NCBI RefSeq assembly: GCF_006345805.1
Contig: NC_042998.1
Location: 61,566,001-61,630,000 of the forward strand
Direction of reading: 5' to 3'
Length of the DNA stretch: 64,000 nucleotides
From: Octopus sinensis
Taxonomy: Eukaryota
How positions within the stretch are numbered: the first letter of the stretch is position 1; the number at the start of each line of letters is the position of its first letter. The notes below the pieces were generated by a model. It ran no database searches, was not told the DNA's origin, and was given only the letters and a program-made list of their open reading frames with translations. Made by a program: the position numbers and the translations under genes. Shown here in pieces: positions 23,132 through 37,156 of the stretch.

Positions 23132-23852
23132 ATACATGACAGTGTAAGCATCCTGAGAGAAAAGTTGGACATAAAAAGCATCAGATGTGGTGTGCCAGAG
23201 AGATGATTGTGCTGGTCACGTATTGCATATAGATGAGGACAGCTGGGTGAAAAAGTTTCACACCCAAGCAGTAGAGGGAACTGGTGGAACAGGTAAACCC
23301 AGGAAGTCCTGGGATAAGATGCTTCCCATTGCATCACACCTTTGAACGCTGGGCCTCACCAAGGTGATGGTAAGTGACTGAGACCTTTGGAGATATACTG
23401 TATATAAGAAAACCCAGCAAGTCAAGTGAGACCGTAACTGTGGCCTATGCCAGTGCAGCATAACCAGCCCATTTAAGAGTACCCTTCAATCATTGGGCAA
23501 TAAACTGCACTTGTGAAGACCTGTTGTGGCCAGTGAAGTCATTATTATGGCTGATGACAGTACCACCTGATTGGCACTTGGCACCTGTGCCAGTGGTATG
23601 TAAAAAGCACTATTCAAGCATGGTCGATGCTAGTACCACCTGACTGGCCCTCATGCTAGTGGCATGTAAAAATCACCCACTACAGTCTCGGAGTGGTTGG
23701 CATTAGGAAGGGCATCCAGCTGTAGAAACATTGCCAGATCAGATTGGTGCCTGGTGCAGCCTTCTGGCTCACCAGCCCTCTATCAAACAGTCCAACCCAT
23801 GCCAGTATGGAAAGAGGATGTTAAACAATGACGATGATGACGATGACCATGA
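23132..23852 (+). mobile_element. RTE LINE 3' end and UTR
   Basis: SVSILREKLDIKSIRCGV; tail ending in GAT repeats. Confidence 0.8.
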
Positions 23853-24009
23853 TTATTTACTTTTAATCTGCATGTTTGTTACGATCACTTGCCGAGGCAC
23901 ACCCAGCATCTTAAGGTGAGTGAAGGATAAGAGATGTTACAGTATGACTGAAATCTTCGGGAGGGGAAGTAGCAGGGGCAGTAGTGAAATATCTCCTTGT
24001 AATACAACA

Positions 24010-24262
24010 CAGACATTTAAACTGATAGTGCTTTACTAAGGCTGTGAGCAGTACTTAGCAGCATTATCTTTTGGATTTCTCTGAGACATGGTTCTCCTGG
24101 GATATTATCTAGATGTTTCAGACATCCATTGCTTATCATACCCAGGACACCCACAATAACAAGAAAAGTTCTCACTTTAAGATGCCACATCTTTTCTATT
24201 TCAATTTTCAGGTCCTTATATTTACTTAATTTGTCAAATTCCTTTACAGAAATAATTCTTAC
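24010..24262 (-). mobile_element. Dong/R4 LINE 3' terminal fragment
   Basis: KLSKYKDLKIEIEKMWHLKV..VIVGVLG..EIQKIMLLSTAHSL. Confidence 0.8.
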
Positions 24263-24382
24263 CTTCAATAACGGGCTCAGGATGATGTTCATAGAAGTTA
24301 GCAGGAGTGCTGATATTGTAATGTTTACATATTTTCCAATGTAAATACTGCCCTACCCTATCATGTCAACTTTTGTAGTATC

Positions 24383-24445
<63 letters not shown>

Positions 24446-26161
24446 GAGTGAGAGAGCAGTGCATGCCATCAAAGCGACACTGGGGTTAAATATACGAAGC
24501 CCAGCAAACCCATCATGACTACCTGGGTACACTAGGCACATGCATCACAACCATATGTGCGCAACATGGTGATCTCATATCAAGATAATCAGCAGATGGG
24601 GCCCAGTTACAATTTTCTACTGGCTGAGTAGCTCATCCCACTCAAAAGGTCCTTGAATAAGGGTTGTTTAAGGATGTTGAACGAAACACCCATGTTTCCA
24701 GAGATGAATTATTCAAACCCCAAAGAATCCTTCGCAACACATGGCTATGATGCTCCCCCACTACTTCTGCTCATGATCAGAGATGCACATATCGTCAGCC
24801 ACTAAGGGACATGTTCAACTGGTTAAGGTCAAACAACTGACAAGCAAATATGTGGTAATGAGCAGAATATTTGCTTTAGCCTATCTTTTATACCAAGACA
24901 AAACAATGTACATGATAACACTTCCAATCAGTTAAAATCAGAAGCCATGAAAGCCAATGTCTGGTACTGCATCAGGACATTAGCAAATCTGTGGTATTGA
25001 GCAGTATACACATATACAAACACAGATATACATATATATGTATCCATCTACCAAATCCACTCAGAATGCTTTGGTTATTATTATTATTGTTATTATCATC
25101 ATCATCATCATCATCATCATCATAATCATCATCATCATCATCATCAACATTATTACTATTTGTGAGAGGGAGTGTTGGGGGATTATGGTTTCCAAATATA
25201 CACTAATACCAATTTTCAAGGTAAAGTCTAACACAGAATGTGGCCTGGCCAGCAGTGACTGACTATTGAATAAAGGACATGATATATGTGACTTGTAGAG
25301 AAATGCAAATTTCAAACGGTTTTTTTTTTTTTTGCCAATTATGAAATGAATGCCAGATATTGGCAGGCAGACATAAATAACTTAAAATTCTAATTAAACA
25401 TGAGTAAATTAAAATAAATTGTAATTGCTTCTACAGCTGTTGTATAATTCCATGTTTGCATATTAATTCCATTTAATTATGGAGTTGTTTATCTCCCAAT
25501 TCTTTGAATCTTTTTATCCTTTTCATTTTACTTGTTTCAGTCATTAGACTGTGGCCAAGCTGGGGCATTGCTTTGAAGAGTTTTTAGTCAAATGAATCAA
25601 CCTCAGTAATTTTTTTTTTCTAAGCTCAATATCTATTAGTCTCTTTTGCTGAACCACTAAGCTACAGGGATATAAAAAGACCAACATTGGTTGTCAAGTG
25701 ATGGTGGGAGATGAACACAGACACAAAGACACACGCACACATAGATATATATATGTATAGTAAATAATATATAATATATAAATGTAGGCGCAGGAGTGGG
25801 TATGTGGTATGTAGCTTGCTTACCAACCACATGGTTCTGGGTTCAGTCCCACTGTGTAGCATGTTGGGCAAGGGTATTCTACTATAGCCTCAGGCCGACC
25901 AAAGCCTTATGAGTGGATTTGGTAGATGGAAACTGAAAGAAACCCATCATATATATATATATGTACATATCTGTGTTTGTATGTGTGTATGTATGTCTGT
26001 GTTTGCCCCCCCCCACCACCACCACCACCACCATCACTTGACAACTGATGCTGGTGTGTTTATGTGCCACCAGCTCAGAAACAGTCAGGTAGTACTAGCA
26101 TTGACTGCGCTCGAATGGTGCTTTTTACGTGCCACCAGCACAGGTGCCAATCAAGTTGTAC

Positions 26162-26193
<32 letters not shown>

Positions 26194-26439
26194 ATTATTA
26201 AAATTTGAGGGAATAAAATCTAAAAGGAAAAAAAATTCAATTTAGAAATACTAAATCAAATTTCACACTATATAATATATACATAAAAAATTAGAAAAAG
26301 AAAAACCTTTTATCAATTCAAAATGAACAATTAAATTACACTAAATAGAAATATTAACATTAAAATAACAATAAAATGTCAAATATTAAGTAAATTGCAA
26401 AAAAAATAATAATAATATTAACGTATATAAATTGTAGAA

Positions 26440-26526
26440 TAACGACACGTGTTTCGTGGCTATATTTAAGAAATGATTATAGTGGTAGAGAAATCACTTC
26501 GATATAAATAGTCACTCATCAGGTTA
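26440..26526 (-). ncRNA. Type-I hammerhead ribozyme with long stem II, GUC site
   Basis: Minus strand taac-CTGATGA-gtgactattta...atatagccac-GAAA-cacgtGTC-gtta; stem III is the palindrome ACACGTGT. Confidence 0.8.
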
Positions 26527-26538
26527 AAAATAATATAT

Positions 26539-27615
26539 ATATATATATATATATATATGTTATAAAGTACATGCCCACACTCACACTCACTCTCCCACAT
26601 GCAAAACAAAAGTAAAATGTATTTCTGCTTCGTTGTTGAATAACAGGAATATATTCATTCCTCAGGCACAGGAGTGACTGTTTGGAAAGAAGCTTACCTC
26701 CAAGTAAAAGGCGGCGAGCTGGCAGAAACGTTAGCATGCTGGGCAAAATGCTTAGCGGTATTTCGTCTGCCATTACATTCTGTGTTCAAATTCCTCCGAG
26801 GTCAACTTTGCCTTTCATCCTTTCGAGGTCAATAAATAAAGTACCACTTATGCACTAGGGTCGATGTAATCGACTTAATCTCTTTGTGTGTCCCTGTTTA
26901 TCCCCTCTAAGTTTAGCCCCTTGTGGGCAATAAAGAAATAAGAAGCTTACCTCCAAACGACATGGTTCCAGGTTAAGTCATATTGCATTGCACCTTGGGC
27001 AAATGTCTTCTATAGTCTCAGGCTGAGCAAAGCCTTGTGAGTGGATTTGGTACACAGAAACTGAAAGAAGCCTGTTGTATATATATATATATATATATGT
27101 TATAAAGTACATGCCCACACTCACACTCACTCTCCCACATGCAAAACAAAAGTAAAATGTATTTCTGTTTCGTTGTTGAATAACAGGAATATATTCATTC
27201 CTCAGGCACAGGAGTGACTGTTTGGTAAGAAGCTTACCTCCAAGTAAAAGGCGGCGAGCTGGCAGAAACGTTAGCATGCTGGGCAAAATGCTTAGCGGTA
27301 TTTCGTCTGCCATTACATTCTGTGTTCAAATTCCTCCGAGGTCAACTTTGCCTTTCATCCTTTCGAGGTCAATAAATAAAGTACCACTTATGCACTAGGG
27401 TCGATGTAATCGACTTAATCTCTTTGTGTGTCCCTGTTTATCCCCTCTAAGTTTAGCCCCTTGTGGGCAATAAAGAAATAAGAAGCTTACCTCCAAACGA
27501 CATGGTTCCAGGTTAAGTCATATTGCATTGCACCTTGGGCAAATGTCTTCTATAGTCTCAGGCTGAGCAAAGCCTTGTGAGTGGATTTGGTACACAGAAA
27601 CTGAAAGAAGCCTGT

Positions 27616-27618
<3 letters not shown>
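26539..27618. repeat. 540-bp tandem duplication (2 near-identical copies)
   Basis: Lines 26581-27060 recur at 27121-27600; only two substitutions noticed; bounded by (TA)n. Confidence 0.95.
26704..26939 (+). mobile_element. SINE B inserted into SINE A head with 17-bp TSD
   Basis: aagaagcttacctccaa at 26687-26703 and 26940-26956. Confidence 0.85.
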
Positions 27619-27656
<38 letters not shown>

Positions 27657-27781
27657 GACACATCCATTTCCAAGTAAGTTTTCTTCTCCTTTTTGATGCG
27701 ACAATCTACTCTGTGATGTTTTCTTCCTCCATCCTTCTCTAATTCTCTTTTTCTCCCTCTCCCTCCTTCAGTTTTTTTGTA

Positions 27782-27842
<61 letters not shown>

Positions 27843-29585
27843 GCTCACACATAACCATTGTCCATCTTTCTTTTCCCCATGTGACCATCTTTCTTTTCCT
27901 GCACAGACGTTCAAAAGAGCAGATGTGTTTTTTCTCCCTCTTCTATCTTTTCCCCCAGTGTTCACTATTTTCCTCTCATTCCAGTCTAACGACTCTCCAT
28001 GTTTGTTTTCGTTTGGTTTCCTTGTATGCCTCCTCTGGCATTGGGAAGAGCATCCAGCAGCGGAAACCATGCCAAATCAGACTGGAGCCTGGCGCAGCTC
28101 CCCAGCTTGCTAGCGCTGGTCAAACTGTCCTACCCATGCTAGCATAGACAAGTGATAGTGATGATGATATACATATACATTTTTGTATGGAATACAGCCA
28201 TTAAAGGACGATGACGACGGCGACGACAATGATGATAATGATGATGATGATGATGATGGTGATGGTGGTGGTGGTGGTGGTGGTGGTGGTGATGGTGATG
28301 ATGATGATGGTGTTGGTGGTAGTGGTGGCAGTGGTGGTGGCAGTTCGTTTTTGTCTTTGAGACTGTTGACTCAGACATTAAGTAAAACATAGAAAGGAAA
28401 GAAACAATGAAGAAAGCACAGAGAAATAAATAAATTTCTTTTGTTAATAGAGTTTGTCATGTGACATAAAGGTGTGACAACTTCCCTCACCTTCTCACTA
28501 ACAGCATACACACATACACACACACACACACAGAGGCACACAAAAGCTTGCATTCTTGTATGTATGTGTGTGTGTGCATGTGTGTGTGTGCGTGTGTGTG
28601 TGTGTGTATTCATAATATATATATTCATAATTAGTTTTTGATTTCCTATAATTTCCTCTTCAGATGTACCTTTTATATGTGTGTGCATCTGTATGCATGT
28701 GTGCGCACACGTGTGTGTGTATGTGTATACATATACACTCATACATATATATACATACATACATGCATATACACACACGCGCACACACACATATATATAT
28801 ATACACGCACACACACATAGATACATACATACATGCATCTAACCCTAACCCTAATACATACATATATATATAACTCTTTCTGATTTACTTGAAAGCCAAC
28901 CAAATATTCACAACAATGATGGTTTGCTTCAATGCCAACACATTCCTGTTTATAGTCATCATCTTTACCCTACAAAAGAAATGTTTTTGTTATTTTGAAG
29001 CATTAGGTAAGTCCAAGATCCTTTCAGCTTTTTTTCAACCAATTTTCTACAGATTTTCTTGAAAGAATAAATGGAAGAACACATCTAGTTCTAATATGGT
29101 TTCAAATTTTTGCATGAGGACAACAATTTTAATGGGGGGTAAACTGATTGCATTGGCCATAGCATTCATCTGGTGCTTATTTTATCAACCCTGAAAGAAT
29201 GAAAGGCAAAGCCAACTTAGGTGTATAAAAATTAAGAAGGAACGCAGCCAGGTATTTTGTCCTGCTAAAGATTTCTCCTGCTCATTGCATTCAGCTTCAA
29301 ATTTTGGTGTGAGGATAGCAATATTAGGTGATGAGCCAAGTGATTACATCAATTCCTTCAATAGCCACGGACCAACCAATGCCTTGTGAGTGAATTTGGC
29401 AGGTGGAAACTGTGAGGAGCTTGTTTTGTATGTAAATGTATGTATGTATGTATGTATGTATTTATGTATGTATGTATGTATGTATGTATGTATGTATGTA
29501 TTTATGTATGTATGTATGTGTATGTATGTATGTGTATGTATGTATGTATGTATGTATGTATGTATGTATGTATGTATGTATGTGG

Positions 29586-29967
29586 AGGTGCACTAGTCCA
29601 GTGGTTAGGGCAGCAGACTTGCAGTCATAGGATCATGGTTTCAATTCCCAGACCAGGAGGGTGTTGTGAGTGTTTATTGAGCGAAAACACCTAAAGCTCC
29701 ATGTGGCTCCAGCAGGGGATGGTGGTGAACCCTGCTGTATTCTTTCCCCAAAACTTTCTCTCACTCTTTCTTCCTGTTTTCTGTTGTACCTGTATTTCGA
29801 AGGGCCAGCTTTGTCACACTCTGTGTCACGCTGAATTTCCCCAAGAACTACATTAAGGGTACATGTGTCTGTGCAGTGCTCAGCCACTTGCATGTTAATT
29901 TCCTGAGCAGGCTGTTCCATTGATTGGATCAACTAGAACCCTCGTCTTTGTAACCAACAGAGTGCCA
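29586..29967 (+). mobile_element. tRNA-derived SINE (third family)
   Basis: tagtccagtggttagggcagcagact...ggtttcaattccc A/B box-like head within (TATG)n. Confidence 0.65.
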
Positions 29968-30437
29968 TGTATGTATAAATAACAACAGATGGAAATTGGG
30001 TCGTTCACTACAGCTATTTCAATGATCTTTTTGTTGATGAATAGAGTTATTACATCATGATAAAAAAAACCCTTTCTTCAATGTATATTTGAGAATATAC
30101 ATAGATTAAACATCTTAAAAAACGTTCCAAGAATCAACATTATGTATGAGACTTGTGGCATATTCAGCCAGGCTCTTGTGATTGTATATACAACTGGAAT
30201 ACTAATCCATCTGTACTTCAGTATGTACATATATGTTGCTCTAATTTTCTTTTGTACATGACTGTTATTTCTTTGACCTGAACATGGTGCTTTACTGTTT
30301 AGGTACCTGATTTACTTGAATCTTGAACTCATATATATATATATATATATATAATGCTCTAATATCTATACAGCCTTGATTTTTTTTTATCTCATTACGC
30401 CAAAAATTCATATATATATATATATATATATATATGA

Positions 30438-30766
30438 AGGCGCATGGCTCAGTGGCTAGAGCGTCGAGCTTACGATCGTGAGGTTGTGAGCTCGAATCCC
30501 GGACCAGGCTGCGTGTTGTGTTCTTGAGCAAGGCACTTTATTTCACGTTGCTCCAGTTCACTCAGCTGTAGAAATGAGTTGCGACGTCACAGGTGCCAAG
30601 CTGTATCGACCTTTGTCTTTCCCTTGGATAACACTGGTGATGTGGAGAGGGGAGGCTGGTATGCATGGGCGACTGCTGGTCTTCCATAAACAACCTTGCC
30701 CGGACTTGTGTCTAGGAGGGTAACTTTCTAGGTGCAATCCCATGGTCATTCATGACCGAAGGGGGT

Positions 30767-30770
<4 letters not shown>
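30438..30770 (+). mobile_element. tRNA-derived SINE with CORE-like segment
   Basis: ggcgcatggctcagtggctagagcg...gagctcgaatccc head; tgtgttcttgagcaaggcacttt; inserted in (TA)n. Confidence 0.7.
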
Positions 30771-30799
<29 letters not shown>

Positions 30800-30802
<3 letters not shown>

Positions 30803-30970
30803 GAAACTGGTATGCTTTTGAATCTCTTTAACAATTCACAATAATGACTTTTATTACTTTTATTCCTACTTCAGTTCATCTAATTGTATATATCTATTGT
30901 TACTTTTCATAAAAAGCCTTTACTTTTTTTGATTTCCAATGTGCATTTTTGCTTATTTTTCTTCTTACTT
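30800..30970 (+). mobile_element. AT-rich element starting at a hammerhead 3' half; inverted sister copy at 38734-38922
   Basis: acgaaactggtatgctttt...cttcttac is the reverse complement of 38734-38901. Confidence 0.75.
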
Positions 30971-31089
30971 ATATATATGCATATATATATATGTACATAC
31001 ATATATACAGGGTGCAATGGGTAAATTGTCGCCAGTTTTTTTATTTATTTTGCACATGCACATTGTTTGGTTTTGATTTTGTCAATAGG

Positions 31090-31925
31090 CTTGGAGTTGA
31101 CCTTCCTCTATTTTCTCAAATAGATGTCTTCTATTTGAGTGGAACAGTCTATTCTGTTCAAAACCTTTGCATCTTGCATCATATCTTTTTAATTTGGCCT
31201 TTAATGCTGTCACCTTTTATGTCAATTCTTCATCAACTGTTTCTTTTCTTCTTTCTTCTAACCTGTACTGTCCATTCAATTTTTTGATTGCTACCTTATT
31301 CTTCAGCTCTCCTCTCATTATCCTATTCAATCGCCGCAGTTCTTACCATGTTGTTTCTGGCTTCATTCATATTCCCTTCCTCCAGTTTGGTTCTTTCTTT
31401 TCATTCGCTCTTATATCTTCAGGTTTCGCTTTTAGCTTACTGTTAGCTACGACATTAGCAGCAGTTATGATTAACTGGTTGTTTCACTGGTTGTTTCACT
31501 GATGTTTCCTGCTTTAATGAAGCTTAAAACATCATTAACTTTGCCTGTGGTTCTCCTCACTTGTTTTCTGTTCATAAATCTTACATTTGGTGGTACTTCA
31601 TTGTTCCCATCAGACATTTTACCTCGCAACATTCCTAAAACTTCCTTTTCTTCATCATTCAAACCTTGTGCAATACTTACTGCCACTTGTCCATCTAGAT
31701 CGTCTTCATTAGTTACTTTATCAGTATTCTCTGGTACTCTGCGGTTTCCCTCTCTCTCATGTTCCTCATCTCTTACTCATTACCACTTTTTGCTTCTGCT
31801 GTTTCACTCTCCTTCTGCTCTGTTTTATGTTTCTCTGAATTTCTTCAATCTCTACTCTCATAATCCAACCATTCCTATGGATTGCTCTTGCTTGGTCTAT
31901 CAGTTTGGCAAAAGGTACCAGTTAT
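31090..31925 (-). mobile_element. Decayed LINE N-terminal coding region, probably Dong/R4-type
   Basis: Purine-rich degenerate ORF (NISETT.., PNWRKGI) typical of the pre-RT region of these elements; weak evidence. Confidence 0.4.
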
Positions 31926-31929
31926 ATAA

Positions 31930-34125
31930 CACCAGCATCAGCCACGACTATAATTTCACTTGACTTGACAGGCCTTCTCAAGCACAGCATATTACCAAAG
32001 GTCTTGTTCACCAATCATTGCCTCCATCAGGGTCCAAAGTTTGAACCACCTTGTTCCATGTTTTCTTGGATCTACCTCTACCATGGGTTCCCTCCACAGT
32101 TAGAAAGCAGTACTTCTTTACACATCTGTCCTCGGTCATGCACATCACATGACCATACCAGTGCAGTTGTCTCTCTTGCACACCACATCAGATACCTCTT
32201 ATGCCCAACTGTTCTTTCAAGATGCTTACACTCTGTCATACATGCACACTGACATTGCACATCCGGCAAAGCGTACTGGCCTCATTTCTTTCAAGCCTAC
32301 GCATGTTGTCGGCTGTCACTGTCCATGTTTCACTGCTGTGTAGCATGGCTGTTTGTACACAGGCATCATACAATCTGCCTTTCACTCTGGGGAGAGGCCC
32401 TTTGTTGCTAGCAGAGGTAGGAGCTCTCTGAACTTTGCCCACCCTATTCTTATTCTCACAGCTACACTCTCAGAGCATCCACCTCCATTACTAACTCAGT
32501 CACCTAAATAACGGAAGCTATCTATTACCTTTAGCTTGCTCCACTGGCGGTTGATGGGGTCTATTTTCTGTACATTTTCAGTGTTTATTGTACCTGTGCA
32601 CCTTCTTCACACAAAAGCCATTTTCCCAGTTAACCTTCCTCTGATATTGCTGCACCTCTTATGTGTCCATAGCTTGTACCAGGTACATCTTATGGAGTGT
32701 CTAACAACACCTTTCCTACAGATAGAGCAGGACTATCTGTCTGAAGTGATTTGTGATTTATTTGCATTCCTACTTACTAAGACTTTGGTCTTTGCTAGAT
32801 TAACACTAAGGCCCTTTAATTCTAAACCTTGCCTCCATGTCTCAAATTTATAGTTCTGTTAGTGATTCAGCTATAAGAACAAGGTCATCAACATAGAGGT
32901 GCTCCCAGGGGCATCCTGTCTTAAATTCCTCTTTTATTGCCTGGAGGATTATGATGAACAACGGGGGCCTGAGAACTGATCCTTGGTGAACCCCTACATC
33001 TACCCTGAATTCCTCGCTATACTCGTTGCCAACCTTCACTTTACTGACAGCATCCCTGTACATTACTTGAACAGCTCTCACCAGCCACTTGTCTACCCCT
33101 AGTTTTTGCATTGACCACCAGATAAGGGAGTGGGAGACTCTGTCAAAAGCTTTATCCATGTCGACAAAAGCCAGGTACTGGGGTTCATTTTTGGCTAGAA
33201 ATTTCACCTACATTTGCATAACTAGGAATATAGGATCAGTCATGCTCCTGCCTGACACAAATCTGAACTGCATCTCATCTCCCTAATTAACTGAGCTGTG
33301 AATCTTTCTGTAACTTTCATCACCTGGTCCAGCAGTTTGATGCCTCTGTAATTATTCCTGTCTAAGGAGTCACCTTTGACTTTATAGCGGTTGACTGTGA
33401 TGCTGCTACACCAATCTTTAGGTATGTCTCCCTCGTGGACAACCTGATTAACTATATGAGTGATTCAGTTATATCTACTCTGCCAGATATTTTAAGCATC
33501 TCAGCAGAGATTCCTAATGGGTCAGGGGCTTTCACTGTCTTCATGTCCTTAATTGCTTTATCTACTAAGCTACTGTCTATTTGGATATCTGGTCCCTCTG
33601 TTGGGTCTACATTTGGTAGACTCTCCTTCTCCCATTCATTCTCCACTTTCAGTAGTCTTTCATAATGGTATTTCCAAGCTGCTTTCTTTGCAGAATCATT
33701 AAATGCAAGTACCCCCATCATCCATTTGGACACATTTCTCTCCTATGACATCACAATTTTGTCTCACACATTATCTTACAATCCAAAACACTTCAAGTCT
33801 TTGGTCTTCACATCACTGAACATAGGCAAACTTCTTTTCTGCATCTCCCTTGGCTAGATATACCTATCTCATAGTTTTCCTTTAGGCTATCTGATACAGT
33901 TCCCTGCTACCCCCGCTTTTCCAATCCTTTCAGGCCTGTTTCTCCTTAGGTCTGGATGGTACTTTGCACTCAGCAAGCTGTCACACAGGAATTCCCAGTT
34001 GCCCTCTATGTTACAAGCCTGTAGTTGCTCAAAGGGTCCTTAAACTTCCAAATCCTTGTTTTCCAGATTGGTCTGCTTCTTGGCATCCTTGTAGCCTGAA
34101 GTCTAAAGTCAGTAATGACTAGTCA
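31930..34125 (-). mobile_element. RTE LINE (decayed)
   Basis: FVDMDKAFDRV, GVHQGSVL, LYVDDLVL, LHSSETW. Confidence 0.9.
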
Positions 34126-34137
34126 TAAATACATACA

Positions 34138-34190
<53 letters not shown>

Positions 34191-34367
34191 GTTTATATAT
34201 TTGTTTTGCAAGATTTTTGATGTGAAATCGTGTGTTGAAACAGATATTGTTGTATTTAGGAATGGTCATTTTGCCAGTTTAGTCAATAAAAACACATGCA
34301 CTTTATATTTGGTGCTACTTTGCTTCAGCATTATTCATTTTTTACATTAATCTTAATCTTATTTCAG

Positions 34368-34407
34368 CCAGAGTTCTTTCGTCACACTCCTGTGACCTCA
34401 TCATTGG
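34368..34407 (-). ncRNA. Degenerate hammerhead motif
   Basis: cca-aTGATGA-g-gtcac(aggagt)gtgac-GAAA-gaacTC-tgg; C3 mutated to A. Confidence 0.45.
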
Positions 34408-34494
34408 TCCTTTGCTTTCTTCTTTCTTATTTGTGTGTCTCTCCTTACTAACAGTCAATAATCTATATATTATGGTGCAAAATCCCCTCTCGAC

Positions 34495-37137
34495 CCAAAA
34501 TAACATGGTGGGGGAACAATGTTGTTGACAGGGCTATTAGAGAAAAGGAAAAGAAACAGGCTTGGAAGTACTGGAAGAATGATGGTAGCAGGGAATTGTA
34601 TCAGACTGCCAGAAGAGAAGCTAGAAGGCAGGTTTATTTAGCCAGAGGGGAAGCACATAAGAAAAAATTTGCCAATGTTCTGCAGTATGAGGACCAAAGA
34701 CTTGAGGTATTTCGTGTTGCAAGACAGTGTGTGAGAGAGAATTGTGATGTGGTAGGAGAAAAATGTGTTCGCATGGATGATGGTTCACTTGCACTAAACG
34801 AAGCTGCAAAGAGAGGGGTTTGGAGATGCCACTATGAAATGTTGCTCAATAAAGAAAATGAATGGGAGAAAGAGAGTCTACCAAATGTCGACCCAACAGA
34901 GGGACCAGCTATCTGAGTTGACAGTACCTTGGTAGATAAAGCAATAAAGAATATGAAGACAGGGAAAGCCCCTGGCCCATCAGGAATCACTGCAGAGATG
35001 CTCAAAATATCTATAGCCTAGTCATTCGTATAGTTAACTAGGTGATACACGAAGGAGTCATACCCAATGACTGGGGTAGTAACACCATAGTCAACTGCTA
35101 CAAAGGTAAATGTGACGCTTTAGATACAAATAATTACAGAGGTATCAAGTTGTTAGATCAAGTAATGAATGTTATGGAGAGGGTCATACCCCAACTAATT
35201 AGGGAGAAAGTCAGTTTAGATGAGATGCAGTTTGGGTTTATGCCAGGGAAAAGCACCACTGATGTTATATTTCTGGTAAGACAGCTGCAGGAGAAATACC
35301 TAGCCAAATATAAACCTCTGTACCTGGATTTTGTTGACATGGAGAAAGCCTTTAACAAGGTCCCCAGATCCATTATCTGATGGTCAATGAGGAAACTAGG
35401 GATAGAAGAATGGTTAGTGAGAGCTGTGCAAGCCATGTACAGGGACGCTGTCAGTAAGATGAGGGTTGGCAATGAGTACAGTGAAGAGTTCCGAGTGGAG
35501 GTAGGGGTCCACCAAGGTTCAGTCCTTACCCACCTCCTATTTATCATAGTCCTCCAGGCATTAACAGAGGAATTCAAGACAGGATGCCCCTGGGAGCTCC
35601 TCTATGCTGACGACCTTGCTCTAATTGCTGAGTCCCTATCAGAACTCGAGAAGTTTCAGGTGTGGAAACAAGGATTAGAATCGAAGGGCCTTAGAGTCAA
35701 CCTAGCTAAAACCAAAGTCCTAATAAGTAGAAAAGCAGGCAAACCACAAATCCCTTCAGGTAGATGGCCCTGCCCGATCTATAGAAAAGGCATAGGTAGA
35801 AACTCTATAAGATGTACCTAGTGTAAGCTATGGACACATAAGAGGTGCAGCAATATCAAAAGAAGGCTACCTGGGAGGATAGTTTTTGTATGTGGCAGAT
35901 GCTCGGGTGCAATAAATAACACTGAAAATGTGCAGAGAACAACTTCCGTCACATTCCAGGGAGAAAAACTAGAAGTAGTTGATAGCTTCCATTACCTATG
36001 TGACCAAGTCAGTAGCAGGGGAGGGTGCGCTGAAAGTGTAGCTGCTAGAATAAGAATAGCCTGGGCTCTGACCTCTACTGTTCAGAGTTCAGAGAGCTCT
36101 TACCTCTGCTAGTAACAAAGGGCCTCTCGCTCAGAGTAAAAGGTAGACTGTATGACGCATGTGTATGAACAGCCATGATACATAGGCCGTGACTGCTGAG
36201 GACATGTGTAAGCTCACAAGGAATGAAGCCAGTATGATCCGATGGATGTGTAATGTCAGTGTGCATACTCAACAGAGTATAAGTTGGACCTAAGAAGCAT
36301 CAGATGTGGTGTGCAAGAGAGACAACTATGCTGGTATCGTCATGTAGTGAGAATGGATGAGGATATCTGTGTGAAAAAGTGCCACACCCTTATGGTTGAG
36401 GGAACCTGTGGAAGAGGTAGACCCAGGAAGACCTGGGATGAAATGTTAAAGCACAACCTTCAAATATTAGGCCTCACCGAGGCAATGATTAGTGACCGAG
36501 ACTTTTGGAAATATGCTGTGCTTGAGAAGACCCAGCAAGCCAAGTGAGACCATTACCTCGTGGCCTATGCCAGTGGTGTAACCAGCCCACTTACGCGTAC
36601 CTTTCCTTCATTGGACACTAAGCTCTGCTTGCAAAAACCTGTTGAGGCAAGTGAAATAAAATCGAATTTAATGACTGGCATCCATGCTAGTGGTGCACTA
36701 AGAGCACCATCCGAACATGATCGTTGCCAGAGCAGCTAACTGGCTTCTGTGCCGGTGGCACATAAGAGGCACCATTTGAGTGTGATCATTACCAGCGTTG
36801 CCTTACTGGCACTTGTGCGAGTAGCATGTGAAAAAAATATTCGAGTGAGGTCGTTGCCAGTGCTGCTGGACTGGCTTCTATGCAGGTGGCATGTAACAAA
36901 CACCATTTGAGTGTGGCTGCTGCTGGTACCGCTTGACTGGTCCTTGTACTGGTGGCATGTTAAAGCACCCACTACATTCTCGGAGTGGTTGGTGTTAGGA
37001 AGGGCATCAAGCTGTAGAAACTCTGCCAGATCAAGATTGGAGCCTGGTGCAGCCATGTAGTTCGCCAGTTCTCACTCAAATCGTCCAACCCATGCTAGCA
37101 TGGAAAGCAGACATTAAACGACGATGATGATGATGAT
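34495..37137 (+). mobile_element. RTE LINE with RT domain, 3' UTR and (GAT)n tail
   Basis: NNYRGIKLL, QFGFMPGKST, FVDMEKAF, GVHQGSVL, LLYADDLALI, GRGRPRKTW. Confidence 0.92.
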
Positions 37138-37156
37138 ATATATATATATATATATA

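Noticed and set aside
28139-28392. Poly-His / poly-Asp-Gly ORFs
   Set aside because: Translations of (GAT)n/(GGT)n microsatellites
28838-28853. Telomeric (CCCTAA)n
   Set aside because: Only about 2.5 units inside microsatellite-rich DNA
30005-30086. Possible minus-strand hammerhead (ttgaaga...gaaatagctgta)
   Set aside because: Core mutated and stem II does not pair convincingly
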